Shown here piece by piece: positions 29,304 to 39,767 of a stretch of DNA of 64,000 bases. The translations under genes were made by a program, and so were the position numbers. Location: the NCBI GenBank assembly GCA_023227985.1, contig JALOCB010000003.1:5260-69259 (forward strand), given 5' to 3'. Under the pieces are notes generated by a model that saw only the letters and a list, made by a program, of their open reading frames with translations, was not told the origin of the DNA and did not search any database. The first letter of the stretch is position 1; each line of letters begins with the position of its first letter. This stretch comes from Candidatus Omnitrophota bacterium. Lineage in GTDB: Bacteria > Omnitrophota > Gorgyraeia > Gygaellales > Profunditerraquicolaceae.

Positions 29304-29330
29304 CCGCCTGCCACGGTAGGTAAAACAAAA

Positions 29331-29362
29331 AACCCGCTCAAAATTCCGAGCGGGTTTTTTGT
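29331..29362. terminator. Bidirectional rho-independent terminator. Stem CCCGCTC / GAGCGGG, with an A-tract on one side and a T-tract on the other.
   Basis: Read directly: AAAACAAAAAACCCGCTCAAAATTCCGAGCGGGTTTTTTGTT. Confidence 0.8.
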
Positions 29363-29370
29363 TGGAAATT

Positions 29371-29765
29371 GCGGGGGCCAGATTTGAACTGACGGCCTTC
29401 AGGTTATGCTTGCTACTACAGCTTTAGCTGCTCCGCTATCAAGCGGATTCGTAGTCTGGACTATATCTTGACCAACTATCGTTGGCCCCTGCCGTTTAGT
29501 CTCTACACTTTTCTCCGTTGCCGGAGACTTAGCTCGGTATTACCTTGACTTGCGTCGAGGGTTTCACCGAATTTGACAGGATATCCTTCAACCGTTACCG
29601 GTTGAGGAGCCCTTCGGACAATAAACTCCATCGTTGCCTGTACAGTGCGGACATCGGTTTGCGCTGTCGTTTGCCGCTTTCGACTAAACTGATGGTGCTG
29701 CCGAATTTGGTAAAGACAGAGCAGGGGACGATGTAGAACACATTCAGGGGTTCGATTACAGCACC
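29371..29765 (-). ncRNA. Candidate tmRNA (ssrA)-like structured RNA. Orientation and identity are uncertain.
   Basis: The segment is ~395 nt with no credible ORF. On the minus strand the 3' end forms a tRNA-like T-arm plus acceptor (GTCAG-TTCAAAT-CTGGC-CCCCGCA-A) immediately before the bidirectional terminator. The 5' end is UUGCGGUG-CUGUAAUCGAACCCC, which resembles the tmRNA 5' motif GGGGCUGAUUCUGGAUUCGACGGGG and can pair with the 3' strand. UAGUC...GCAAACGAC lies ~94 nt from the 5' end, matching the E. coli resume-codon context. A second AND-starting frame ends in a double stop. Against this call: no clean G3-U70 pair, and no tag ending in AA. Confidence 0.35.
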
Positions 29766-30061
29766 GCAAAATCGAAATCATCCGCGTCATATCTCGCCCG
29801 CAACATCCTTCGTCTGTTCGTCTTGGTCCGTCTGACATCGACACAATACATGTCGTTTTTCTGGTCGAACCAAGCGCTTTTGACTTGAATGCGCAGAAGT
29901 TTACCATCCAGGTCGATCGCCAGATCATAAGGGAGGCGATCCCCGAACGGTTTGAGCACCCTGAACCCTTGTTTCAGGAGTTCAGTGATGACGGCAGATT
30001 CTGCGATGTCAGATTTGAGTTTTTTATCCATTGAGCCTGACGAGCTACCGGACTGCTCCAC
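29756..30061 (-). CDS. Small hypothetical protein with a PD-(D/E)XK / Hjc-like nuclease fold signature. May be spurious.
   Basis: ITELLKQGFRVLKPFGDRLPYDLAIDLDGKLLRIQVKS resembles the E...D...(I/V)EVK core of Hjc-like resolvases. It overlaps the candidate RNA 5' end. Confidence 0.25.
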   Translation of the reverse strand: MEQSGSSSGSMDKKLKSDIAESAVITELLKQGFRVLKPFGDRLPYDLAIDLDGKLLRIQVKSAWFDQKNDMYCVDVRRTKTNRRRMLRARYDADDFDFAVL

Positions 30062-30126
30062 CCCGCGAATCTATTATGAAAGAACAGGTATATTTTACTC
30101 TTATTTTAAAGAGTTCAAAGCCTTAT

Positions 30127-31688
<1,562 letters not shown>

Positions 31689-31855
31689 TTAAATGGTTAT
31701 CAGATTGAAGAATTTTAACACACAAACTTTGCCCGGTCAAGACAATTAAATGGGCATACCGGCGCAGTAGTTGTTGACTTGTGGTTTCGGATATGCTATC
31801 TTTGGGGGGTAGGGAAGTCAGGAACGGCGGGTATGCCGCCCAGAAAGGTTAAATT

Positions 31856-33514
31856 ATGAATTGGAAAAAGTTTAAATTCCTGGTTAGTTTGTATTGGGTC
31901 CGGGTGCTGGTGATCGGGGCGTGTATAGCGTTGCTGGTGTCCTTGACAGTCATTATCATCAACGGCTTAAAGGCCTGGAATGCGTCTGAATCTTATCTGC
32001 GGCAGTCGCAATTGGCCTCTGTGCCTTTACAGATGTTCACCTGGGGGATAATGGGGATCATCCAGGCGACCATATATGTTTTCATGATGTACTGGCTTTT
32101 TTATAAAAGAGGATCCAGTTCTTTTACCCAGACCAATAAAAAAGCCATTGCGGGAGAAGAGCTGAAAGTCACCTGGAATGACGTTATCGGGATGGATGAG
32201 GCAAAGCAGGAGGCTTTGGAAATCGTCAAATTGATCACCGACCGGGCGGAACTGCAGCGCATCGGCGGAAAGATATTAAGAGGAATACTGATGATGGGCC
32301 CTCCGGGCTGCGGCAAGACTTATTTAGCCAAAGCCATTGCCACCGAGGCTAAGCTTCCGTTCATTTCCATGTCCGGTTCGGAATTCGTGGAGATGTTCGT
32401 CGGCGTGGGGGCGGGCAGGATCCGCAGCCTCTTTAAAAGGGCCAGGCAGTTCGCGGAGTTGAAAGGCGGCTGCATAATCTTTATCGATGAAATAGACGCA
32501 GTCGGCGCGCAAAGATCGGTTGATCGCGGTTTCGGCGGCCAGACCGAGGCGAATACCACGGTAAATCAGCTATTGGTCGAAATGGACGGGTTAAAGGAAA
32601 AAGACACGAATATCGTGATCATCGGCGCCACTAATGCCCCGGAGCGTTTTCTGGACGCGGCGCTTTTGCGCCCGGGCAGGTTCGACCGGAAGATACACGT
32701 GGATAAGCCCAATCTTGAAGACCGGCAGAAGCTTTTTGAATATTACCTTAAGACCGTTAAATACGACCAGGCAAACGTCAAGGTGGACCGGCTGTCCAGG
32801 ATCACCGTTGGCCAGAGCCCTGCGGATATCGCCAATATCGTCCGGGAAGCGGCGCTTATTACCATACGTACCAGAAAATCCCTGATAACTATGCAGGAAA
32901 TAGACGAGGCCAGGGAGAGGATCGCCTTAGGTATTAAACGCAGGATAAAATTAAGGGATGAAGAAAAATTGCAGGCGGCTTATCATGAAGCAGGGCATGC
33001 CATTGTCACCTATTTAATGGTGCCTACCCAGGACGTGTTCAAGATCACTATTACCCCCCGAGGGCACACCGGCGGAGTGACCTGGATACCGCAGAGGGAA
33101 GAGATATTCATCCGCGACCAAAAGCAGCTTTTAAACACGATAAAGATATGCCTGGGCTCGTACGCCGCGGAAAAGCTGGAGTTGGGGATCACTACCGCCG
33201 GGGTAAGCGGAGACTTCAGCGAGGCGTTGTTAATCGCCCATAATATGGCCTGGAGTTGGGGCATGGGCAAATCCGGTCTGCTGGGTAATTTTGAAGCGCT
33301 GGATTCGCACGCGCATATGTCGGACGGTACAAAAATGAGATTGGATGCCGATGTGCAGGAGATACTCCAGTCCTGCCTGAAGGAAGTAGAGGAATTGTTA
33401 AAAAAAGAAGAGCCATTACTTAAGCGGCTGGCCGAAGAATTGATCGCCAAAGAAGAACTGAACTATGACGAGATCGAAGGTATTTTTAAGGAATTCGGCA
33501 AAGCTAGGCCTTAA
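31856..33514 (+). CDS. FtsH-like ATP-dependent zinc metalloprotease (short form).
   Basis: Two N-terminal TM helices. AAA module GPPGCGKTYLAKAIA with the second region of homology. Zinc motif HEAGHAIV. Confidence 0.8.
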   Translation: MNWKKFKFLVSLYWVRVLVIGACIALLVSLTVIIINGLKAWNASESYLRQSQLASVPLQMFTWGIMGIIQATIYVFMMYWLFYKRGSSSFTQTNKKAIAGEELKVTWNDVIGMDEAKQEALEIVKLITDRAELQRIGGKILRGILMMGPPGCGKTYLAKAIATEAKLPFISMSGSEFVEMFVGVGAGRIRSLFKRARQFAELKGGCIIFIDEIDAVGAQRSVDRGFGGQTEANTTVNQLLVEMDGLKEKDTNIVIIGATNAPERFLDAALLRPGRFDRKIHVDKPNLEDRQKLFEYYLKTVKYDQANVKVDRLSRITVGQSPADIANIVREAALITIRTRKSLITMQEIDEARERIALGIKRRIKLRDEEKLQAAYHEAGHAIVTYLMVPTQDVFKITITPRGHTGGVTWIPQREEIFIRDQKQLLNTIKICLGSYAAEKLELGITTAGVSGDFSEALLIAHNMAWSWGMGKSGLLGNFEALDSHAHMSDGTKMRLDADVQEILQSCLKEVEELLKKEEPLLKRLAEELIAKEELNYDEIEGIFKEFGKARP

Positions 33515-34349
33515 TATATGCGTCTTTATATTCGCCTGCCTGGGTTGTTCGGCATCTCTCGTTCCCACCTATTCCAAATCCGAAGTTGAAAAAGCTATCA
33601 CCGGTATATTGAGCGTCGAGTATAAAGATGACGCCGTGGCGAAGCTCGCCGGTTCCACGCTGTGGGTATATCTCCCGATGGAAGATATATTCGAAAAAGC
33701 CGAAAAGCCGGAAAAAAACCTGGAGAAATTCATCATTGAAAAGAACACCGCCCGGTTCCTCGGCGACCAGGTGCACTGCGTCTATCGGATAAAAGCCATC
33801 CCGGAAAGGCAGACAAGCCAGGAATATGTCTTCAGCAAGAAGGCTCGGGAAAAGATGAGCAACGCTATCCAGGTATTGCGCCGGGTTATCTTAAGCATCG
33901 ACCGCGGCGAGCGCAATGAGATAAAATTCTTCATCCTGGCCGCCTCAGACATAAATAACGGGATGGAGCTCACAGAGACAATATACGCCCCGGACCTGCT
34001 AAAGGTCAGTTATGGGGCGATCTCTCCGGGGGAATACCAGCACAGAATAAGCATTAACTACGGGGTTAACCCCGGGGCGGTAGGCGATAAGGATGGCAGG
34101 CACTTGGAATATAAGGACCTGACTTTAAGGGAGTTTATTTCACGCCAGATAATCCAGCGGATCGCCTTGAAATTCCAAAAACCCGAGGTGGAGCAGAGCG
34201 CGGATGTGGATAAGGAGGTCGCCAGGATCATCGGCGATACATTGAGGATCTACCGGGTAAGGAATGTTTCCCGCGCATGGCTGGATAATCTGTTCACCAA
34301 AAGCAGGGTTGAATTGACGCATTCCCAGATCTACAATAAGAGGGATTGA
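33465..34349 (+). CDS. Hypothetical lipoprotein.
   Basis: Lipobox-like FACLGCSAS. Overlaps the ftsH-like 3' end by 50 nt, so the start is uncertain. Confidence 0.4.
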   Translation: MTRSKVFLRNSAKLGLNICVFIFACLGCSASLVPTYSKSEVEKAITGILSVEYKDDAVAKLAGSTLWVYLPMEDIFEKAEKPEKNLEKFIIEKNTARFLGDQVHCVYRIKAIPERQTSQEYVFSKKAREKMSNAIQVLRRVILSIDRGERNEIKFFILAASDINNGMELTETIYAPDLLKVSYGAISPGEYQHRISINYGVNPGAVGDKDGRHLEYKDLTLREFISRQIIQRIALKFQKPEVEQSADVDKEVARIIGDTLRIYRVRNVSRAWLDNLFTKSRVELTHSQIYNKRD

Positions 34350-34958
34350 TCAGAGGATTTTTACTTTCCTGCCGTTGACCTTTAATCTCCGCGACAAGAA
34401 TAATTTTATCGCCTGAGGATAAAGTTTGTGCTCGGCCCGGTGTATCCTGGCTTCCAGGTTTTTCAGGGTGTCTTGTCTGTTTATCCCCACCGCGGATTGC
34501 AGGATGATCGGGCCATGGTCCGTTTCTTCATCGACGAAATGCACGGTCACGCCGGTGAATCTTACCCCGTAGTCAAAAGCGTCTTTTATCCCGTGTTCCC
34601 CCTTAAACGCGGGAAGCAGAGAGGGATGGATATTGATTATCCGGTTGGGGTAAGCGCGGATAAAAGACGGCGATAATATGCGCATGAACCCTGCCAGGAC
34701 TATCAGGTCTATTTTGGAGTTTTTGAGATGTTTTATGATCCCGGCTTCAAACGCCTCTTTTGAGGGGAAATCCTTTCTTGGGGCCAACAGGATATTTATT
34801 CCCGCTTTCTTCGCTTTCCCCAATACCGGGGCTTTTGGGGTATCGCATACAAGCAGTTTAAGCGAAGATCCCTTAAGAACGCCTTTTTTGACCGCCTGGG
34901 CTATCGCCGAAAAATTACTTCCTTTTCCTGAAGCGAATACCGCGATATTCTTTTTCAT
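34350..34958 (-). CDS. purN: Phosphoribosylglycinamide formyltransferase.
   Basis: Motif NIHPSLLPAFKG. N-terminal IAVFASGKGSN. Confidence 0.85.
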   Translation of the reverse strand: MKKNIAVFASGKGSNFSAIAQAVKKGVLKGSSLKLLVCDTPKAPVLGKAKKAGINILLAPRKDFPSKEAFEAGIIKHLKNSKIDLIVLAGFMRILSPSFIRAYPNRIINIHPSLLPAFKGEHGIKDAFDYGVRFTGVTVHFVDEETDHGPIILQSAVGINRQDTLKNLEARIHRAEHKLYPQAIKLFLSRRLKVNGRKVKIL

Positions 34959-34985
34959 TTGGAAACCGCCTGTGTTATAAATCGT

Positions 34986-35774
34986 TTATTTTACGATCGT
35001 GATCGTTTTTGCCGGGCATACCTTTACGCACTCCCCGCACGAGGTGCATTTATTATGGTCTATTACCGCCAGGTAATCTATTACGTGGATCGCGTCGTAT
35101 TTACAGGCCTTTTCGCATATCTTGCAGGCGATGCATCCTACCGGGCAGACTGTTTTAGTATCTTTCCCCGGTTCATGCAAAGAACAGGCCGCAATGACTT
35201 TATTGTTAATGGGTACCAGGCTGAACAGTTTTTTAGGGCATACCTGCGCGCATTTATTGCAGGCCTTGCATTTTTGGATATCCACTACCGGAAGCCCTTC
35301 TTCCGACATCGTAATCGCTGAGAAAGGGCAGGCTTTGGCGCAGGTCCCGAATCCCAAACATCCCTCAAGACATTGTTTCTGGCCGCCTAAGTGCAGTTTA
35401 GCGGATAAACAGTCTTTTACCCCTTTATAGATGAATCTGTCTTTTACTTTTTTCCCGCCGTTGCAGCGCAGTCGGGCCACTTTCTTGATCTTTTTCTCGA
35501 GCTTTTGCCCCAGCAATACCGCGATAGCCTCTTTAACCTTGTCATCCGCCACCTTGCATCCGTCAGCCAGGACTTTTTCTTCAAGTAAAGCCTCGGCAAA
35601 ACCGGCGCATCCTGCCTGGCCGCAGGCGCCGCAGTTCACGCCCGGCAATATCCCCTGGATCTTTTCCAAGCGGGGGTCGACCTTGACCTCGAATTTTTTC
35701 GAGGCAAAAGCCAGGCCTATGCCGAATAAAAGGCCCAGTAGTCCCAGAGACATTACAGGTAATAGTATATCCAT
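34986..35774 (-). CDS. rnfB: Rnf electron transport complex subunit B (polyferredoxin).
   Basis: N-terminal TM plus Cys cluster GVNCGACGQAGCAGFAEAL. Multiple CxxCxxCxxxCP motifs. Confidence 0.85.
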   Translation of the reverse strand: MDILLPVMSLGLLGLLFGIGLAFASKKFEVKVDPRLEKIQGILPGVNCGACGQAGCAGFAEALLEEKVLADGCKVADDKVKEAIAVLLGQKLEKKIKKVARLRCNGGKKVKDRFIYKGVKDCLSAKLHLGGQKQCLEGCLGFGTCAKACPFSAITMSEEGLPVVDIQKCKACNKCAQVCPKKLFSLVPINNKVIAACSLHEPGKDTKTVCPVGCIACKICEKACKYDAIHVIDYLAVIDHNKCTSCGECVKVCPAKTITIVK

Positions 35775-35776
35775 AA

Positions 35777-36385
35777 TTAGAATTTAAACCCGTTGAATCC
35801 CATAAAGCTTAAGCTCATGATCCCGGCGATGATAAAACCAAGCGGAAAATCCTTCAAGGCCTTGGGGACGTCGCAAAGTTCCAGCCTTTCCCTGATCCCG
35901 GACATTAGAAGCATGGCCAAGGTGAAGCCCAGGCCTGCGCAGACCGCTTGAAAAACAGAATAAAGGAAGCTTGCTGGGACAGCTTTGCCTTGAGCAAAGA
36001 ACATATCCGAATTCAAAACAGCCACGCCCAGTACCGCGCAATTTACCGTGATCAACGGAAGGTATATCCCGAAAAAGCGGTAAAGCGCCGGAGCGAATTT
36101 CCTTATCATCATTTCCACCAATTGAACGAACGCGGCAATTACCAGGATGAAAGAGATCGTCCGCAGATAGGTGATGTTGAAAGGTATAAGAAGAAAACGG
36201 TAAATGAACCAGGTGATGATCGAAGACATCGTGATAACGAACATTACCGCGAAACTCATTGCCAGCGCCGGTTTGGTTTGTTTGGAGATAGCGATAAAAG
36301 AGCACAAGCCCAGGAACCGCGAAAGGATCACATTGTTGATGAATACCGCGGAGATAAATATGGTCAGGAATACGGCTATACTCAT
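35777..36385 (-). CDS. rnfA: Rnf complex subunit A.
   Basis: LRTISFILVIAAFVQLVEMMIRKFAPALYRFFGIYLPLITVNCAVLGVA matches the RnfA/NqrE family. Confidence 0.85.
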   Translation of the reverse strand: MSIAVFLTIFISAVFINNVILSRFLGLCSFIAISKQTKPALAMSFAVMFVITMSSIITWFIYRFLLIPFNITYLRTISFILVIAAFVQLVEMMIRKFAPALYRFFGIYLPLITVNCAVLGVAVLNSDMFFAQGKAVPASFLYSVFQAVCAGLGFTLAMLLMSGIRERLELCDVPKALKDFPLGFIIAGIMSLSFMGFNGFKF

Positions 36386-36975
36386 TTATCCCTTCTTTTT
36401 ATGACATTGAACAATCCCAAAAGCAATCCGATCACCAGAAGCGCGCCTGACGGCATCGCAATGACAGCCGCCGGTTCAAATCCCTTGACAATATTCAGGC
36501 CGAAGATCTTGCCGGCTCCCGCTAATTCCCGGATCCCGGAGATAAGCAAAAGAGCCAGGGTAAAGCCTATGCCCATTCCGATGCCGTCGAACAGGGAATG
36601 CCAGATATTGTTCTTGGAGGCGAATGCCTCTGCCCGCCCGAGGACCATGCAATTGACCACTATCAAGGGCACGTATATCCCCAGCGCCCGGTTCAGGGCC
36701 GGGCTGTAAGCCTTCATCAGCAGTTCGGTAATGGTGACGAAGGTGGCTATCACCACTATGAAACAGGGTATGCGGATCTTATTCGGGACGAAACCCTTGA
36801 TCATCGATATGATGATATTGGAAAATACCAGGACAAAGGTCGCGGCGGCCCCCATCCCCAGGCCGTTGATCATGGATATGGAAACCGCCAGGGTAGGACA
36901 GAGGCCCAGCGCCAGGACAAAGGTGGGGTTTTCTTTGATTATGCCTTTAACGCATTCTTGGAAGATATTTTTCAC
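36382..36975 (-). CDS. rnfE: Rnf complex subunit E.
   Basis: LALGLCPTLAVS ... IRIPCFIVVIATFV ... GIYVPLIVVNCMVLGRAEAFA matches the RnfE/NqrD family. Confidence 0.85.
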   Translation of the reverse strand: MKNIFQECVKGIIKENPTFVLALGLCPTLAVSISMINGLGMGAAATFVLVFSNIIISMIKGFVPNKIRIPCFIVVIATFVTITELLMKAYSPALNRALGIYVPLIVVNCMVLGRAEAFASKNNIWHSLFDGIGMGIGFTLALLLISGIRELAGAGKIFGLNIVKGFEPAAVIAMPSGALLVIGLLLGLFNVIKRRDK

Positions 36976-37913
36976 TTTACTCCGTAGACCCTGTTCTTGG
37001 TGAAACGGTCGATCAATGGCGCGGCGGCGTTCATCATCAGTATGGCGTAAGAAACGCCTTCAGGGTATCCGCCCCAGACCCGGATGACCGCGGTCAGCAG
37101 GCCGCAACCGACGCCGAAAATAATATGGCCTTTGCGCGTCAAAGGCGATGTGACATAATCCGTGGCCATGAAAAAAGCACCCAGGACCAGCCCTCCGGAG
37201 AGGATATGAAAAACCCAGTCCCCGGTGAATAGGTTTTTCCCGGCGAATAAATAGGTGAATATGCCGGTAGTGGCGATAAAACTTAAAGGTATATGCCAGG
37301 AGATATAGCCTCTTAAGAGAAGAAAGGCTGCGCCTAAGATGAGCGCCAGTATGCTTACTTCTCCTATACAGCCGCTGTGATTGCCCAGAAAAAGGTTGAA
37401 ATAATTGATATGCTCGATGGCTTTGCCTTCTTTAAGCAGGGCCAGAGGGGTAGCCTGGGTCACAGTGTCATAGGTTAAAGGCTGAATGAACGTGGTCATA
37501 TATTTTGGCCAGGAGGCCAGCAGGAATACCCTGCCAACCAGAGCCGGGTTGAAGATATTCTGTCCCAGTCCTCCAAAAACCATTTTTCCTAAAGCGATGG
37601 CTACGAAAGAGCCGACTATCGGTATCCAGAAAGGAACGCTCGGGCCGAGGTTATAGGCTAAAAGCAGCCCGGTCAGGAACGCGCTGCCGTCTAAAACAGA
37701 GACTTTGCGTTTGGTGATCAGCTGAATGCCGGTTTCGGTGATCAGCGCGGAGGCTATAGCCAGAAGGATAATCCAGAGCGCCTGGTTGCCGAAAATCCAT
37801 ATGCCTGAAAGCCCTGCCGGGGCCAGGCTTAGGGCCACCAGCCACATTATCCGGCTCGTTGATTCCCGGGTGTGCATATGCGGAGAGCCGCTGACTATAA
37901 GCTTAGTTCCCAT
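36972..37913 (-). CDS. rnfD: Rnf complex subunit D.
   Basis: Polytopic membrane protein with GGLGQNIFNPALVGR, an RnfD/NqrB family signature. Confidence 0.85.
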   Translation of the reverse strand: MGTKLIVSGSPHMHTRESTSRIMWLVALSLAPAGLSGIWIFGNQALWIILLAIASALITETGIQLITKRKVSVLDGSAFLTGLLLAYNLGPSVPFWIPIVGSFVAIALGKMVFGGLGQNIFNPALVGRVFLLASWPKYMTTFIQPLTYDTVTQATPLALLKEGKAIEHINYFNLFLGNHSGCIGEVSILALILGAAFLLLRGYISWHIPLSFIATTGIFTYLFAGKNLFTGDWVFHILSGGLVLGAFFMATDYVTSPLTRKGHIIFGVGCGLLTAVIRVWGGYPEGVSYAILMMNAAAPLIDRFTKNRVYGVK

Positions 37914-38487
37914 TTAACAGCCTTTTTATCTCCTGGGTTTTTTCTTTTACGGAATCGATCACTGCCTGTGAAGAAATAGTGGCTCCGGTTATCGCCTGGA
38001 TCCCGGAAAGGCCGCGTATATCCTTGCCGGAGAACTGTTCGCCAAACCAGGGTTTTTCGGCGGTGTCCTGTTTTTTGCCTTTAATGAAATCAAATATGGT
38101 GGTGTCGTCTTTTATTTCAGTTATGCGCGAGCCCAAGCCCGGGGTTTCATTCTGGGCCAATACTTTTATGGCGTTTATCGTGCCGTCTTTTTTCATTCCG
38201 ACCATAGTCTCGATCACGCTGGAATAGCCTTTGCCCGAGGCTTTGAAGGCGGCGCCGATAACCCCGCCTGTTCCGTTCAAAGCGCGGTAATAAATGATCC
38301 CGTTATTTTGCCTCACCGGCTCAAAGCTGGCTGCTTCCGGCAGCACTTCTTTTAAACTTTTTTCTGTTTCCCGGTTAAGCTGAATGGTGATCTGGGGCAG
38401 GGTCAGCCGGTTAACTATTGCCAATAGGCCGGTGGCTACCAGGCAGATAAGTCCCAGGATCAATCCGTAACGCAGCAGTGCCCTCAT
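37903..38487 (-). CDS. rnfG: Rnf complex subunit G (FMN-binding).
   Basis: N-terminal TM. FMN-binding motif ITGATISSQAV. Confidence 0.85.
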   Translation of the reverse strand: MRALLRYGLILGLICLVATGLLAIVNRLTLPQITIQLNRETEKSLKEVLPEAASFEPVRQNNGIIYYRALNGTGGVIGAAFKASGKGYSSVIETMVGMKKDGTINAIKVLAQNETPGLGSRITEIKDDTTIFDFIKGKKQDTAEKPWFGEQFSGKDIRGLSGIQAITGATISSQAVIDSVKEKTQEIKRLLNGN

Positions 38488-39767
38488 CTTGATAATTCCA
38501 TTTTCGCTAATTTCACCGTTTGGGTTAGCCTGCGGTTAGACGGGCAGATAAAGTTGCATAAGCCGCATTCAATACAATCCAAAACCCCGTATCCTTTTGC
38601 TTCTTGCCACAGCCCTTTTGCCGCGGACAGGTTGATCAGGCAGGGCATAAGTCCCATCGGACAGTTCCGGACGCAGGCTGCGCAGCGGATACAAGGCTGC
38701 TCTTCCAGCATTTTAGCTTCTTGGGCGTCAAGCAGGATAACGCCGGTGGTGGATTTTATTACCGGGACCTGGTCGGTGTACTGGGCTATGCCCATCATCG
38801 GCCCGCCTATTATCATTTTTGCCGGTTCGGTTCTCAGCGGACCGCAGAATGCGATCAATTCCTTTACAGGCGTGCCGATCCGGGCAAGTATATTTTTGGG
38901 GTTTTCGAGAAGGCTGCCGGTCACGGTCACTACCCGTTCGTAAAGCGGCTTGGACCTGTAAACACTTTCGTAAACGGCAAAGACCGTGGATACATTCTGC
39001 ACGTTCACGCCCAGGTCAAAGGGGAGTTTGCCGGGAGGCAGCTCTTTGTTCAATATCTGTTTTATCAGTTGTTTTTCCCCGCCCTGCGGGTAAAGTGATC
39101 TCAATACCCTCAATTGATAAGGGGTGGCTTTGAGTTCTTTCTCCAGTATCTTTATCGCGGATTCTTTATTGTCTTCTATGGCGACGTAAATCTTGCCGCA
39201 GTTAAGGCAGTTTTTTATCAGGGTTATGCCGTTTATTATCTCCTGAGTTTTTTCAAGCACTAATTGTGAGTCGCCGGTCAGGTATGGTTCGCATTCGGCG
39301 ATATTGATGATCAGCGAATCTATTGGTTTGGGCGGATTAAGCTTGATGTGAGTGGGAAAAGCCGCTCCGCCCATGCCGACTATGCCGGCGCTGAAAACAG
39401 CTCCACGGATTTGCTCGGGGGTCGACCTTTCGGCTTCTTCTTTAGTTTTGTCTGCCTGGGCGCTGAAGGGCAGGTCCTTGCCGTCGTTCTCGATGATTAT
39501 CGTCCGGCACATCCCGCGGCTGGGGTGCGGCCAGTTTCGGATGGCGGTTACTTTGCCGGATATCGAGCTGTGGACAGGGGAATAAACCTTGGCTTCGGAC
39601 TGCGCGATAAGCTGTCCGCGCAAAACAGCATCCCCGGGTTTTACCAGGATATTGTCGCAAGGGGCTCCGATATGCTGGCTTATGGGTATATACGCGTTCG
39701 CGGGTAATGGCGCGTTCTCTATCGGTTTGTCCTGGGTGTGGAATTTATTCTCTTCTAATCTAACCAT
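38484..39767 (-). CDS. rnfC: Rnf complex subunit C.
   Basis: Motif GMGGAAFPTHIK. Two 4Fe-4S motifs: CIRCAACVRNCP and CIECGLCNFICPS. Confidence 0.85.
   Translation of the reverse strand: MVRLEENKFHTQDKPIENAPLPANAYIPISQHIGAPCDNILVKPGDAVLRGQLIAQSEAKVYSPVHSSISGKVTAIRNWPHPSRGMCRTIIIENDGKDLPFSAQADKTKEEAERSTPEQIRGAVFSAGIVGMGGAAFPTHIKLNPPKPIDSLIINIAECEPYLTGDSQLVLEKTQEIINGITLIKNCLNCGKIYVAIEDNKESAIKILEKELKATPYQLRVLRSLYPQGGEKQLIKQILNKELPPGKLPFDLGVNVQNVSTVFAVYESVYRSKPLYERVVTVTGSLLENPKNILARIGTPVKELIAFCGPLRTEPAKMIIGGPMMGIAQYTDQVPVIKSTTGVILLDAQEAKMLEEQPCIRCAACVRNCPMGLMPCLINLSAAKGLWQEAKGYGVLDCIECGLCNFICPSNRRLTQTVKLAKMELSR

Noticed and set aside
29420-29440. Plus-strand GCTTTAGCTGCT (ALAA) resembling a tmRNA tag end.
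   Set aside because: It lies only ~50 nt from the putative plus-strand 5' end and has no following stop. There is no T-arm at the plus-strand 3' end. It is likely a coincidence.
29371-29446. A possible standalone tRNA gene on the minus strand, suggested by the T-arm plus acceptor.
   Set aside because: The upstream 50 nt cannot be folded into D and anticodon arms. The T-arm is better explained as the tRNA-like end of a longer tmRNA-like RNA.
34428-34980. Plus-strand ORFs of 82 and 100 aa antisense to purN.
   Set aside because: They are shadow ORFs within a high-confidence purN.
35948-36709. A 253-aa plus-strand ORF across rnfA/rnfE, with others antisense to rnfC (38604-39098) and rnfB (35122-35787).
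   Set aside because: They are antisense to a conserved, translationally coupled rnfCDGEAB operon.
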